Shown here: piece after piece, positions 27,033 through 37,447 of the stretch
Layout of the letters: each line of letters begins with the position of its first letter
Numbering within the stretch: position 1 is the first letter of the stretch
Virus record (IMG/VR): IMGVR_UViG_3300035670_000245
Location: 1-58,119 of that record
DNA from: a virus
Lineage: Duplodnaviria; Caudoviricetes
DNA: 58,119 nt
Reading direction: 5' to 3' (one strand)
Translations under genes and position numbers: made by a program
The notes under the pieces: model-generated
The model's input: the letters and a program-made list of their open reading frames with translations, nothing else
Database searches by the model: none
Told to the model about the DNA's origin: nothing

Positions 27033-28370
27033 TTATTTTACCTTTTGCCAGCTTGTTCCATTCCATATACGGACAGCACCACTTTCACTTTGATAAGCTG
27101 CACCAGCTTCTAACTTATCTACATCGATAGTGTTGTCTGGTTTCCTGGGTATTGGTTTAGCATTAACTGCAGCAGCAGCAGCAGGTTGTGCAGTCTGCCT
27201 ACGGGCAGGGGCACCCCTAGCTGCACCACCCCCACCAGCCTGGGGTTCTACAGGTACAGGGGGTCCACCTACAGGTTCCCCGCCTCTAGGCGCACCAGCA
27301 ACCTGCCTCCAGCCCCTAACAGTCAATGTGTCGTAATCAACCTCAGCAAACGGACTGATAGCATCTGCCACGTTTCTGTCTATTACTCGATTACCACGAA
27401 GCAGACCGGCATTCTCAAAGACATCCCTAGCTACGTCTTGACGCATACGCAAGAATCTTTTAGCCTCATCTGATCCAGGTATTGTAACTACAAAGTCCTG
27501 TAGGTTAGGGTCAAATGTAATCTCTTTAAACTGCAGAGGTGCAATCTCTTCTTGCAACCGTGTATTAACAAGCTTACGAATCTGTTCAGCACTACGGGGC
27601 TTAAGAGTTTCATCCTTCTCTGTCTTAGCCTTACGTTGTGCCTCAAGGAATACACGCCCAGCAATCTGTGCCTGAAGCTTTTTACCTTCAGGTGTCCTAA
27701 CTGCATTAGCCATTTTCTCTGCTGTAGTCTTGCCTTCCATACCTTGGGCTATATCTGACAGTTTGTTTTCTAGTTCAATAACACCCTTAGACTTTTCATC
27801 CTCTGCAAATACACTGAAGTCAAAAGGCGTAGCAGTCAACGGAATCTCTGGCATTTCAGTGGCTTCAAGTTCTTCTTGTGACATGCCGGTAGTAGCAAGG
27901 AATTCTTTTGTAGCACGTTCTCCGGCCCGAGACGGAAGACCAAACGCACCTTCCATTTCTTTAGCTATCGGCATACGAGTTGTAGACTTAACAGGTGTAG
28001 ACAGCCGTTTGATAATAGAATCAAGTGCCTCACTCGGACGTTCACCACTACGCTCACCAAGGAACTGGGTAATCTTTTCTGGGCTTAGTGTACCAGCTAC
28101 AGCTTCTTTCTGCAGAAGTTCTGTGATAGTTTCTGAATCACCAGAGGTAATAATCTCACCAATAGCTGCATCAGGGATACCATAACCACGAAGCTGACTA
28201 GCAGTCTTCTTTAGTTCATCTCGGCGTGTCTCTGCAGTCTGCAGTGCTTTCTGCCTGGACTTATACATCTCACTAAGCTGGACTTTGAGATTGTCTTGAA
28301 TCTCCTTATCCCGCTCTTCAATAAGTTCTGTGGCCTTGGTAGCAAAGCCAGTGACAAATGCTGACCACAT
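27033..28370 (-). CDS. Internal virion protein
   Basis: 445 aa; F.TGFA N-terminus; context. Confidence 0.55.
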   Translation of the reverse strand: MWSAFVTGFATKATELIEERDKEIQDNLKVQLSEMYKSRQKALQTAETRRDELKKTASQLRGYGIPDAAIGEIITSGDSETITELLQKEAVAGTLSPEKITQFLGERSGERPSEALDSIIKRLSTPVKSTTRMPIAKEMEGAFGLPSRAGERATKEFLATTGMSQEELEATEMPEIPLTATPFDFSVFAEDEKSKGVIELENKLSDIAQGMEGKTTAEKMANAVRTPEGKKLQAQIAGRVFLEAQRKAKTEKDETLKPRSAEQIRKLVNTRLQEEIAPLQFKEITFDPNLQDFVVTIPGSDEAKRFLRMRQDVARDVFENAGLLRGNRVIDRNVADAISPFAEVDYDTLTVRGWRQVAGAPRGGEPVGGPPVPVEPQAGGGGAARGAPARRQTAQPAAAAAVNAKPIPRKPDNTIDVDKLEAGAAYQSESGAVRIWNGTSWQKVK

Positions 28371-28371
28371 A

Positions 28372-28914
28372 TTAGACTTCCTCCGACATAGGTTTAGCCA
28401 TTAAGCCACGGCGAGGCATAGGTGCTTCAGCTTCCATGGGTGCTTCTTCTCTTGGCCCACTGGGCAGAGGGGGCACCTTACCAGCATCCATCTCTTTAGC
28501 TACCTCTTCTACAATCTTACGTGCCTCATGGGCGGGAATACGTTTCTGCTTGTCTAGTTCTTCAAATGAATCTGTGTACTTAACACCGTTAGCATCACCA
28601 ACATACCTAAACATTTCCTGGATTACAGGATTAATTAACACAGCCAAGTCGATTGTATGTATACCATCCATGACAGCAGAGGTAGTAATCATGTCTGCCA
28701 TAGACTCAATAGAAATATCCTCAGCAAATGCATTTAAGATTGCATCTTGCTTTTCAGGATCAAGAATCTTATCTGCATAAAACTCTACAGCATCTTCAAT
28801 CTTTACAATCTGTGGAGGATTCTCCCAAGGACGGTTCCCCGGCTCTGTCGTAAGAGACATGCCAGGGACTGGGCCACTGAGATTACCTGCATCTACTTGA
28901 GGTAAACGAATCAT
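28372..28914 (-). CDS. Conserved virion-associated protein
   Basis: PVPGMSLT.EPG.RPWENPP; C-terminal RGLMA. Confidence 0.7.
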   Translation of the reverse strand: MIRLPQVDAGNLSGPVPGMSLTTEPGNRPWENPPQIVKIEDAVEFYADKILDPEKQDAILNAFAEDISIESMADMITTSAVMDGIHTIDLAVLINPVIQEMFRYVGDANGVKYTDSFEELDKQKRIPAHEARKIVEEVAKEMDAGKVPPLPSGPREEAPMEAEAPMPRRGLMAKPMSEEV

Positions 28915-29204
28915 TCTATAATTCCTTGTGTGTTTTTAGCTTTAAGTTTTTCTACCTTCTCTGCTTCAATTACACCACGGGGGTTGGTAGACATCTCTAA
29001 TCGTTTAGCACGAATAGTATTTACGTAGTTAGCTATACGCTTTGTGAAGTCTTCTTGACCAGTCCCAGGCATCTCTTGTGCAGGATTCTTCCTAGCCAAT
29101 AGACCACGGGTGTCCCGCTTGGCAGACTTCTTATTTCTCTCAGCGTCAATGATACTGTCTACTCGCTTGGAGAATTTACGCATTTGTGCATATTGATTTA
29201 CCAT
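28911..29204 (-). CDS. Small basic protein
   Basis: AGGAG SD; RGLLA motif. Confidence 0.65.
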   Translation of the reverse strand: MVNQYAQMRKFSKRVDSIIDAERNKKSAKRDTRGLLARKNPAQEMPGTGQEDFTKRIANYVNTIRAKRLEMSTNPRGVIEAEKVEKLKAKNTQGIIE

Positions 29205-29218
29205 TTGTTATTCTCCTG

Positions 29219-32200
29219 TTACTCCGTTGGGAATATGTAATTGTCTTCTTGGATGCTCATGTCTGGGGCTTCGCCATACCCATAATTATCTTGATTTGGG
29301 TTATCTAAAAACTCAAAGTTAGGTTGATTATACCCAGAAGAACCGTACCCATAGTTATAATCTTGCTCCACGCCGTTATAGTATGTAGTACCGTCAGGCG
29401 CTATTTTTATGTCATTTTTACCGTCAGAAGCATATGTCCACCCATACCCAGTTTCTCCTGCTTTTGCATTATTGGGCAGTATTGTATAACCAGTAGAAGA
29501 CCCTGTTATTGCATTCTTAATTCCCATAAACCCGCCAGCTACAACACCTGCCGCCCCTTGAATTAATCCACCAATGCTAGCAGCAATGCCTCCCTTATCA
29601 AATACCTGAGCAGCTAGGCTACCAAGTGCCTGATATTTAGCTGCCTCAATCTGAAACTTAGCAGCTTCAATTGTAGCTTGTTTTGCCAGAACCTGTCTAG
29701 CTAATTCATTCTCACGATCAAGTGCATTCTCACCTGTCTTCCAGGCATACTCAATCTGGTCACGATAAGACTGCCACAGATTATTATACTCAATCGTGGT
29801 AATACCCAGTGCAGCAGTAGCATTAACTTCATTAGCCCTGTTAATAGCAGCCGTATCAGCCAGTGCAATATTCCTACGCCACTCAGCATTAGATTGATCA
29901 ATGATCCTACGGTACTCAGCATTAAACTGATCCCGTGCATTCTGCTGACTAGCATTAAACTCAGCTACAGAATTAATCTGGCTAACATTAAACTGGTTCA
30001 TTGCATTAGCTTGTGTCGCATTGAACTGTTTAATCTGTGCAGTCAATCCATCATAGAACTGATTAACCTGATTCTCACTAGCTGCATTAAACTGTCGTGC
30101 AGCATTCTCAGCAGCCTGATCCGACAGAATAGACTGGATCATAGACTGTGACTTAAACAAAGCAGTCTGTTGCTGGTTGCTGAGATTGGTAAGATCCATC
30201 TGCAAGAATGCCTGTGCGTTAAGCACATTGGCTTGCTGACGGTTGTTCAGGTTAGCTGTCTCTAGCGTAGCAATCTGGGCAGCATTAGCCATCACCAGTG
30301 CTTGCCGGTTATTCAGGTTAGCTAGATTTACAGACTCAGTAAGCCGTGCATTCTCTAAAGCAATCTGTTGCTTTGCACTAAAGTTAAGATTAGCAATCTC
30401 AGAAATTGTAGCTGCATTAGTGACCCTGGTTTGGAATGCTTGATCAAACTCTTGTCCAAGGAATGCAGCCCGTTGTTGTGCAGACAACACAGCCATCTGT
30501 TGCTTATTGGTGAGATTCTGAATACCCATCTCACGGTAGATCTGTGCATCAGCAGAGGCAATCGGCAGGGCAGACTCAATGGTAGCTTGTATCAATGCCT
30601 GCCCAGCTAGACTAGAAGCAGCCAGACCCCGTTGTGCCATAACAGCAGTGGCATTACGTAATGCACCAGCAGCCCATGCCGGGGGATTGTTAGCCTCAAA
30701 GTTAGTGGTCAGTTTAGCAAGCTGACCCTGCACAGTCATGTCCTCAGTGACTACACCCTGGGCAGCTTCATTCTTAGCAAGGGTAGCTTCTACAGCAGCC
30801 CTGTCAACCGTTGGACCTTCGATCAATTCCCCTGCTACAAGTTCCCGTGTAGGTGCCCCAGTAACCTGTCCAGCAACCCCTTGAGCAGCCTGCAATCCAG
30901 CCAAGGCAGTACTGGTAGGTTCCATTGTTTCTGGCTTAACCTGAGCCTGCTGAGACACAGCACCTTGTGCAGGTTGTAATCCAGCTAGTTCACCAGACAC
31001 GGCACCAGTGGCTGTAGCAGCCTCCATAGTGGCAGCAGCCTGGGGTGCAGTAGGGGTGACCTGTGCCACGCCAGGAACGGTAGCACCGGCAATCTGAGCA
31101 GCTTGAGCCGGGGCACCAGTGGGTGACACAATCTGCCCAGGTTCAGTAGGTACTGTAGCTGCAGTAACCTGTGGGATATTAACCCGTGGTACGGTATTAG
31201 TTGTAGGTATATTTGCCATTTGTGTTCCTGTCATACCCCCAGTTGTAGTGGGGGTTGTAGTGCCTGTAGTACCCGTGGTAGGTATTTGTGGGGTGGTGGT
31301 AGCCGTTGTCTCAGTCCCGCCCCCTGTAGTACCTCCTGTTGGGGTAGTAGTAACCGGCGTAGTAACCGGCGTAGTGGTGGGCGTAGTGGTGGGCGTAGTG
31401 GTGGGCGTAGTTGTAGTTGGGGTAGTAGTATCACTAGCACCAGCACCAGGAATAGTTACAGGCGCAGTTGTAGTAGGCGTAGGTGACGGGGTTGTCCGTG
31501 TCTCAAGTGCCCTCAAAGCCTCATACGCCCTATCAACACCAGGGACTTGCTCACCAAAAGTTACCCAGGGTTTTGCTTCTTCACCACCAGCCTCTTGTGT
31601 AGGTGCAGCTTGACTAGTTTGTTGAAGAGGTTGTAAATATAAATCCCTTCTTACGCTTGTATTTTTGTTAGACAATTCAAGATACTTATCCCGATTTATG
31701 TCTCTTTCTTCTTGTGTTTGATAAGGCGCACTAAGATACCCCAATGCTTCATCGATTAATCTTTTATCTTCTTGTTTAATACGCTTTAAAACCTCTGGCG
31801 TATAAATCTTTTGGAAAGAGTTTAAGTCTGCTAACTCCGGGGGCAAAGACATGCCCATGTCTCTTAATGCTTTTTCTGCTTCATTTTTATGGATTGCTAA
31901 TTGTTGCTGCCACCCCTCTTCATTAACAACATAGTTATGACTTTGAGGGCCAAATTTATCAGCAACGTCTTTTGCCTGTAAAAGAACATCGCCTGTTCTG
32001 TTTATATAACCACTAATAATATCTTTACGTGCTTGTTCTACCCGATTGTTTTCTGACACATAAGCATTGTTTAATTGCTTTTTTAAATTTTCAAGAGACG
32101 AACTTAATCCTTCTACAAAACCTTTTGCAGAAGGGTCATTTGGGTTTTTTTCTAAGGCTGCTTTCCAAGGAGCAAGCTGGCTTTCTGTACTTTTAATAGC

Positions 32201-32452
32201 ATTAGAAAGACCTAACTCAAGCATTGTCCTAGGTTCAAAGTTATCAGGCAGTGCAGATGCAGTCACAGCACCGCCTTCTTGGTACTTTTTAACCATGCCG
32301 CCACGGGCCATATACTTTTCAACAACAGTGCTGTACTTCCGCTCCATTGCTGGATCAGACTTTACAAATTGATCAAACATATTCATTGGCCCTTCGTAGC
32401 CAAGCTTACGGGCCAAGACTTCACGTTGTTGTTTAGTAAATTTTTTAGACAT
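29219..32452 (-). CDS. Large internal virion protein with Thr/Pro linker and Gln/Asn/Ala-rich coiled region
   Basis: 1077 aa; PTTT repeats, PPAWAAGA, N..N.QQ repeats. Confidence 0.7.
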   Translation of the reverse strand: MSKKFTKQQREVLARKLGYEGPMNMFDQFVKSDPAMERKYSTVVEKYMARGGMVKKYQEGGAVTASALPDNFEPRTMLELGLSNAIKSTESQLAPWKAALEKNPNDPSAKGFVEGLSSSLENLKKQLNNAYVSENNRVEQARKDIISGYINRTGDVLLQAKDVADKFGPQSHNYVVNEEGWQQQLAIHKNEAEKALRDMGMSLPPELADLNSFQKIYTPEVLKRIKQEDKRLIDEALGYLSAPYQTQEERDINRDKYLELSNKNTSVRRDLYLQPLQQTSQAAPTQEAGGEEAKPWVTFGEQVPGVDRAYEALRALETRTTPSPTPTTTAPVTIPGAGASDTTTPTTTTPTTTPTTTPTTTPVTTPVTTTPTGGTTGGGTETTATTTPQIPTTGTTGTTTPTTTGGMTGTQMANIPTTNTVPRVNIPQVTAATVPTEPGQIVSPTGAPAQAAQIAGATVPGVAQVTPTAPQAAATMEAATATGAVSGELAGLQPAQGAVSQQAQVKPETMEPTSTALAGLQAAQGVAGQVTGAPTRELVAGELIEGPTVDRAAVEATLAKNEAAQGVVTEDMTVQGQLAKLTTNFEANNPPAWAAGALRNATAVMAQRGLAASSLAGQALIQATIESALPIASADAQIYREMGIQNLTNKQQMAVLSAQQRAAFLGQEFDQAFQTRVTNAATISEIANLNFSAKQQIALENARLTESVNLANLNNRQALVMANAAQIATLETANLNNRQQANVLNAQAFLQMDLTNLSNQQQTALFKSQSMIQSILSDQAAENAARQFNAASENQVNQFYDGLTAQIKQFNATQANAMNQFNVSQINSVAEFNASQQNARDQFNAEYRRIIDQSNAEWRRNIALADTAAINRANEVNATAALGITTIEYNNLWQSYRDQIEYAWKTGENALDRENELARQVLAKQATIEAAKFQIEAAKYQALGSLAAQVFDKGGIAASIGGLIQGAAGVVAGGFMGIKNAITGSSTGYTILPNNAKAGETGYGWTYASDGKNDIKIAPDGTTYYNGVEQDYNYGYGSSGYNQPNFEFLDNPNQDNYGYGEAPDMSIQEDNYIFPTE
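31347..31406. repeat. Five 12-bp tandem repeats encoding P(T/V)TT units
   Basis: GTAGTAACCGGC x2 then GTAGTGGTGGGC x3. Confidence 0.85.
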
Positions 32453-32455
32453 GTG

Positions 32456-32959
32456 TTAGCTTAGATATAAAAGTTTTTCATCGGTGCGTCTTTTGACTAA
32501 TCCTGGCAGAACTTTACCCCCGCCCTTAACCCAGGTCATAAATGCTTCAGCAGCACCTTCATGGTCACCACGATTGGCCTTCATTCGTATAGAAGACCTT
32601 TGCAGATTTCCTAACCCAGCATTGAAGGCAAAAGATACAAGAGCGTCAAACCTGCCTTGACTGCCAGCACTATTGGGAACAAGTCGAAGAACACCACGTT
32701 CAAAAGTGCAGACATCTTCTGCGAATAGTTTCTCAATTTCTTCTTTTGACCAGACACGATTGTCCTCTGGCTTTAATGCGTACTCTTTACGCAACAGCCC
32801 CATGTACCCTTCTTTACGAACTACAGGTAATTTAATCTGCTCTTGGTACAGAACATGCCCGTATCCAATAGTCCAGATATGTGCAGGGCAAAGGTAAGGT
32901 TTGTTTCTGTATCCTTCATACTTGTGCATTAAATCTGCACCAGCCTTACTTAACTTCAC
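32456..32959 (-). CDS. Endolysin, GH24 lysozyme
   Basis: EG....Y.C....WTIGYGH; FDALVSFAFN.G; LPGLVKRR. Confidence 0.9.
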   Translation of the reverse strand: MKLSKAGADLMHKYEGYRNKPYLCPAHIWTIGYGHVLYQEQIKLPVVRKEGYMGLLRKEYALKPEDNRVWSKEEIEKLFAEDVCTFERGVLRLVPNSAGSQGRFDALVSFAFNAGLGNLQRSSIRMKANRGDHEGAAEAFMTWVKGGGKVLPGLVKRRTDEKLLYLS

Positions 32960-33459
32960 TTCTTACTCCATGCCCTAGACCCAAACCAAAAGCCTATAAT
33001 ACCTCCGAGCATAGCCATTTCATCTGCACTAAAGATTATATCAGCATACAATAGTATATCAGAAATGTCTTTAATCAAGTGGGGATTAGTAAATAAAAAG
33101 TAAACAAGTGCTGTGTTAATAAGTACAAGTTCTAGTACAAAAATGTAAGTCACTGTAGGGCGAACTGTGCCAATGTAATTAGCCACCCACTTGCTAGACC
33201 GATCAAGAATCTTCTCATCATGCTTAAGAGCAGCCTCAGTCATCTGAGCATCTGTCTGTAACGCAACCTGTTCAGTTTTAATTTCTTCAATGCGTTGCTG
33301 GGCAATAAAGCCTTCACGCATCATCTGAACATCACGTTCGTTTTGTAGCTTAGATAATTCTAATTCATGTTTCTTATCCTGCTTGTCTTGAAAAAAGTCA
33401 AGCAGCTTTGGTAGACCAGACATTAAAATACCACCAAGTGTAGATAACAAAGACAGCAT
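32956..33459 (-). CDS. Putative holin-like membrane protein
   Basis: VRP.VTY, TM segments, IIGFWFGSR; adjacent to lysozyme. Confidence 0.6.
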   Translation of the reverse strand: MLSLLSTLGGILMSGLPKLLDFFQDKQDKKHELELSKLQNERDVQMMREGFIAQQRIEEIKTEQVALQTDAQMTEAALKHDEKILDRSSKWVANYIGTVRPTVTYIFVLELVLINTALVYFLFTNPHLIKDISDILLYADIIFSADEMAMLGGIIGFWFGSRAWSKK

Positions 33460-33926
33460 TAGAATTTACCTTTCATTGAGTACAGCCATGCAGAACCTAC
33501 TAGTATGCCAGTTACTATTACAGCTAAGACAGTAATCCAGAAACCGAGTAAGATACTTTCTATAATATCTTTTCTTTTCTGTTTCTTTTCTTGTGCCAGC
33601 TTTATGGCCTCTCTAGCTGCTTCTTCCCTTCTGTGTCTGGCCTGTACTTGAAATTGTTGCCAGTCATCCCACAGCCCAGGTCTTCCCTGGTATATAAACA
33701 TCTCTTTTAATTCTTGCTCTTGCTTTTTTAATTGTTCTAAAGCAAAGAACTCCTCAATATCAGATCTCTTGTGATCCGGTGTAGCTACAACTTTTTCTTG
33801 TATCTTTGATTTATTATCGAAGTAATCAAAGACAGCCTTACCGGCTTGTATTAATTCACCAGAGTTTTGTACAGCCTCTTTGATTACAGCAAACGCTGCA
33901 TTTGCTGCTGCTAACTCTAGTAGCAT
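33459..33926 (-). CDS. Membrane-anchored coiled-coil protein
   Basis: C-terminal TM helix; lysis/tail region. Confidence 0.65.
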   Translation of the reverse strand: MLLELAAANAAFAVIKEAVQNSGELIQAGKAVFDYFDNKSKIQEKVVATPDHKRSDIEEFFALEQLKKQEQELKEMFIYQGRPGLWDDWQQFQVQARHRREEAAREAIKLAQEKKQKRKDIIESILLGFWITVLAVIVTGILVGSAWLYSMKGKF

Positions 33927-33928
33927 TA

Positions 33929-34123
33929 TTATCCTTTAGGCAGTGATCCATGCGAAGCTAGCCACATAAATAAACCAATGATAGCAACACCAGTAATCCA
34001 TGCTACTTTCTTTAGCACAGACTTACCCACCTCTGTGTAAACTTTTTCTAATGCTCTCTCAGCAGCTTTCTCTGCAATGAGTTCTAGTTGAGCGTCTGTT
34101 AATGGGAGTTCTTTGTCAGCCAT
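33929..34123 (-). CDS. Small membrane protein
   Basis: AAERALEKVYTEVGKSV followed by TM. Confidence 0.65.
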   Translation of the reverse strand: MADKELPLTDAQLELIAEKAAERALEKVYTEVGKSVLKKVAWITGVAIIGLFMWLASHGSLPKG

Positions 34124-34127
34124 TTAT

Positions 34128-34580
34128 TTACTCTGGTTTAGAAGGCCATGTAACGGACCAAGGAAAGCCAGCTTGAACAGTGATATCACGCAATGCTTGG
34201 CAATAGTCAATCCATGCTTGACTAGGATTCATGTCACTGCGAAAACGCCAATCTGTTTCTGCCAATAAACGATTACGTTCATTTCTAATATCGTTTTCCT
34301 TAGCTTGTTTTATGTTTTGCTGTTCTTCAGTAGACAGAGCCACTGTCTGCCATGTGTGTGTCCATTGTCCATTTGTAAGGACAGGAGTCCCCCACACAAG
34401 GCGCTGTGTAGCAGCGTTATAACTAGGCTCTGCTGTAGAAACTACAGGGTACACACCCCATTCAGCAAGTGTTTGATCACTTGGGTTTTTAGGGAATGAA
34501 ACATTTGGGTTGTCTTTCCGAAGCTGACCGATTGAGTACGGATATGTCTCGACCGCTCCGTTGGTTACTTTGACGTACAT
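34128..34580 (-). CDS. Tail fibre assembly chaperone-like protein
   Basis: R..RN.LLAETDW...W..Y.QALRDI..Q.GFP..V.WP.KP. Confidence 0.8.
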   Translation of the reverse strand: MYVKVTNGAVETYPYSIGQLRKDNPNVSFPKNPSDQTLAEWGVYPVVSTAEPSYNAATQRLVWGTPVLTNGQWTHTWQTVALSTEEQQNIKQAKENDIRNERNRLLAETDWRFRSDMNPSQAWIDYCQALRDITVQAGFPWSVTWPSKPE

Positions 34581-34581
34581 T

Positions 34582-34818
34582 TTATTTCTCCAATTGAGAT
34601 TGAATTACTTCCAACATAATTTTGGCTTTACTTTGCTCATAAAGACTTGTTTTTAATAAATTTTCTAATTGATTTTTGAAGTCTACAAAATATTCATCGT
34701 TTTTTATTTTGTTAATTGCCAAACGAAAATTGTCTATATTTACTTGATACTCTGTCACCTCTTTAATTCGTGTTTCAAAAGCTTTTTTTAACAATTCATT
34801 TTTGTATTGTTCATCCAT
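34582..34818 (-). CDS. Hypothetical coiled-coil protein
   Basis: AAGGA SD; AT-rich. Confidence 0.65.
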   Translation of the reverse strand: MDEQYKNELLKKAFETRIKEVTEYQVNIDNFRLAINKIKNDEYFVDFKNQLENLLKTSLYEQSKAKIMLEVIQSQLEK

Positions 34819-34827
34819 TGTCTATCC

Positions 34828-35895
34828 TTATTGTTCTTGAGCTAAAAAAAGCTGTCTAAAGCTGTCGGTAGATGATGCGTTTGAATATTTAGACCCAAAT
34901 CCACTGCTACTCCACGCATATGCTTCAATTGCATTAGATCCAGACATTATTATTGCATCATCATCAATTGAAAAAGTTACGCCACCTGACCCGCTTGCTG
35001 GCAATGTTGCTGGGTCAGAATATTTTGTACCAAACCCTGTGCTATCAGACCAAGGATATACTATTATATAAGGAGATGAATTAGACAAGACAGCGACGTA
35101 GTCCCCAGCGTGGCTAAAACATAAACCGTTACAAGATCCAGGTGGCACGGTGCTTGGGTTTGAAAAGGCACTACCAAAACCTGTGCTATACGCCCAAGGA
35201 TAAACTCTTATGTAAGGAGAACCAAACCCACTATCGCTTGTATGGGCAACAGAACTTCCAGACGGTGAAACGGCTACTTTTGGTTGACCCCCTGAAGAAA
35301 TTGCAGATCCAGGATCAGAATATTTTGTGCCAAATCCTGTGCTATCGCTCCACTGATATGCATGCAAAGCTGCCCCAAAAAAACCCCCATCCCTACAAAA
35401 AAATATAACATCGTTGTTTGGGTGAAAAACAACAGATCTCCAACTGTTGTCAGATGTGGCTGGGTTAGCGTATTTTGTACCAAATCCAGAGCCAGACCAT
35501 GCCCATGCCATAGATCCGTTACTTTCTGCCCCAGCCACTCCTAAAACAGTTTGATTGGGGTTCCAAGCCATACCATAACAAGTACCAGTCGGTAAAGTAG
35601 ATGGATTAGAAAATTTAGTTCCTATTGTTCCACTTGTAAAAGGCCATGTATGTATATAAGGAGAAGAGTCACTACAACCCGCAATTACAGTTGCATCTGG
35701 GGATATTGCACAACCCCATGCCTCTGACGAAAGTGAACTATTGGCTGTTGATATTAATGATCCAAACCCACTACCAGAATCCCACTCATATACAACCAAT
35801 CTATCATTAGTAGTATCGGCGCTTACCAACCATTGCGGTTTTGCCCCGCCAGCAGAACCAGCAGTAGCCTGTAATTGATTAGTTATATCAGCCAT
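34828..35895 (-). CDS. Beta-propeller-like putative receptor-binding protein
   Basis: About seven repeats of (Y/W)xW..S.GFG.K(Y/F)S(N/D)P; follows tail fibre. Confidence 0.65.
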   Translation of the reverse strand: MADITNQLQATAGSAGGAKPQWLVSADTTNDRLVVYEWDSGSGFGSLISTANSSLSSEAWGCAISPDATVIAGCSDSSPYIHTWPFTSGTIGTKFSNPSTLPTGTCYGMAWNPNQTVLGVAGAESNGSMAWAWSGSGFGTKYANPATSDNSWRSVVFHPNNDVIFFCRDGGFFGAALHAYQWSDSTGFGTKYSDPGSAISSGGQPKVAVSPSGSSVAHTSDSGFGSPYIRVYPWAYSTGFGSAFSNPSTVPPGSCNGLCFSHAGDYVAVLSNSSPYIIVYPWSDSTGFGTKYSDPATLPASGSGGVTFSIDDDAIIMSGSNAIEAYAWSSSGFGSKYSNASSTDSFRQLFLAQEQ

Positions 35896-37439
35896 TATTT
35901 AATATCCAAGCCAGCAACAAAACCAAACCAAATAGTACCCCCGTCTCTTGTTGTAAACACAAGCTGATCTTTACCGGAGGCTGTAAGAGTAGGCGCAGTT
36001 CCTCCAGGCCAATCGACAGAAGCAGGCCACGTAATTGCGAATGCTCCACCATTAGTTAGTTCTAACACAAACGTGCCGAAATCGCCTGATCCAGGGGGGT
36101 TGCTAAAAGTAAATGTACAGGCTTGATCTAGTGTGGCTGAAAAGAAATTTGCGTTTGTCAGATCAAAGGTTTCTGTTGATCCTGTATTACCTACCGCAGA
36201 TCCTTCAACCGCATAGTCTTTAAGTACAGAACGAGTAAGAAGATTGTCTGCCATTGCAATAGCAGCGGTCGTTACTGTCCCTGTAAAGGTGGGAGAGGCT
36301 GAAAGAACTACAGAGCCTGTTCCTGTGGAAGAAGTTACGCCTGTACCACCATTAGCAACGGGAAGAGTTCCAGTGACACCTGGAGTAATATTAGCAGACC
36401 CATTAAACGAAGCTGACGATGTGCTTGCTAGGTTAGTTTGGATAGTTCTAGCAGTAGTAAGCGTGGCTGCTGATCCTGTAGTATTCTGATTAAGTGTAGG
36501 AACGTCACCAGCTTGAATCGTTGACATCACTACGTTAGAACCATTACCCCGCAAATATGAACCACTGGTAGTTGCACCAGCAAAAGCATTCATTGCAGCC
36601 TGGGCTGTAGTTTGCCCAGATCCACCGTTAGCTATAGGCAGAGTGCCCGTAACTCCGGTTGAAAGAGGTAGTCCAGTAGCATTAGTCAGAGTTCCAGAAG
36701 ACGGGGTACCTAAAGCACCTCCGTTAGTAACAAATGCCCCAGAAGACCCTACATTGACTGCCAGTGCCGTTGCTACGTTGCTCCCTAACCCAGATACACC
36801 GGTTGAAATCGGAAGCCCTGTAGCGTTTGTAAGGGTGCCTGACGATGGTGTTCCAAGGGCACCGCCAGAAAACAAAGCTGCTGCCCCGTTTACTTGTACT
36901 GTGCCAGAACCTTTAGACACAAGGTTCAGTGAAATGTTTGTGTCAGTTCCTGTAGCTGCAATACTAGGTGTTCCAGTAGCTGCTGCGTTGGTTACAGTTA
37001 TTTCGTTTACTGCAGAACCAGTAGCTGTAAATAGTACAATCTCATTGCCGTTTGTATCTAACAGCCCAGTAGTAATCCTGGGGGTTGTGATAGTTACCCC
37101 GTCAATAGTTCCACCGTTGATGTCTGCAGTGTCAGCGACAAGGCTATCAATGTTAGCAGTGCCATCAATGTAGAGATCTTTAAACTCGTAGCTAGAAGTA
37201 CCCAGATCTAGTGTGTTATCTGTCTTAGGTACAAGAGCAGAAGAGGTAACCTCTAAAGCCTGAGATGGGCCTACCTTAGTAATAGCCGCACCTTCAGCAG
37301 CAGTGCCGTCATGTGTGTGTCCGGTGCTTGCATTAAATGCATTTACAATGGCATCAAACTCACCATCAAGGTCAGACGCATTAATAACATTACCTGTAGC
37401 AATGTTATTAGTACTGTCATTACGAACGTAGCCTGTCAT
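35895..37439 (-). CDS. Tail fibre protein
   Basis: TGHTHDGT N-terminus; GTPSSGTLTNATGLP and GTLP.ANGG repeats; ITWPASVDWPGG.AP C-terminus. Confidence 0.85.
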   Translation of the reverse strand: MTGYVRNDSTNNIATGNVINASDLDGEFDAIVNAFNASTGHTHDGTAAEGAAITKVGPSQALEVTSSALVPKTDNTLDLGTSSYEFKDLYIDGTANIDSLVADTADINGGTIDGVTITTPRITTGLLDTNGNEIVLFTATGSAVNEITVTNAAATGTPSIAATGTDTNISLNLVSKGSGTVQVNGAAALFSGGALGTPSSGTLTNATGLPISTGVSGLGSNVATALAVNVGSSGAFVTNGGALGTPSSGTLTNATGLPLSTGVTGTLPIANGGSGQTTAQAAMNAFAGATTSGSYLRGNGSNVVMSTIQAGDVPTLNQNTTGSAATLTTARTIQTNLASTSSASFNGSANITPGVTGTLPVANGGTGVTSSTGTGSVVLSASPTFTGTVTTAAIAMADNLLTRSVLKDYAVEGSAVGNTGSTETFDLTNANFFSATLDQACTFTFSNPPGSGDFGTFVLELTNGGAFAITWPASVDWPGGTAPTLTASGKDQLVFTTRDGGTIWFGFVAGLDIK

Positions 37440-37447
37440 ATTAATTC

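Noticed and set aside
31119-31613. Val/Gly-rich + strand ORFs
   Set aside because: Antisense reading of the Thr/Pro repeat region
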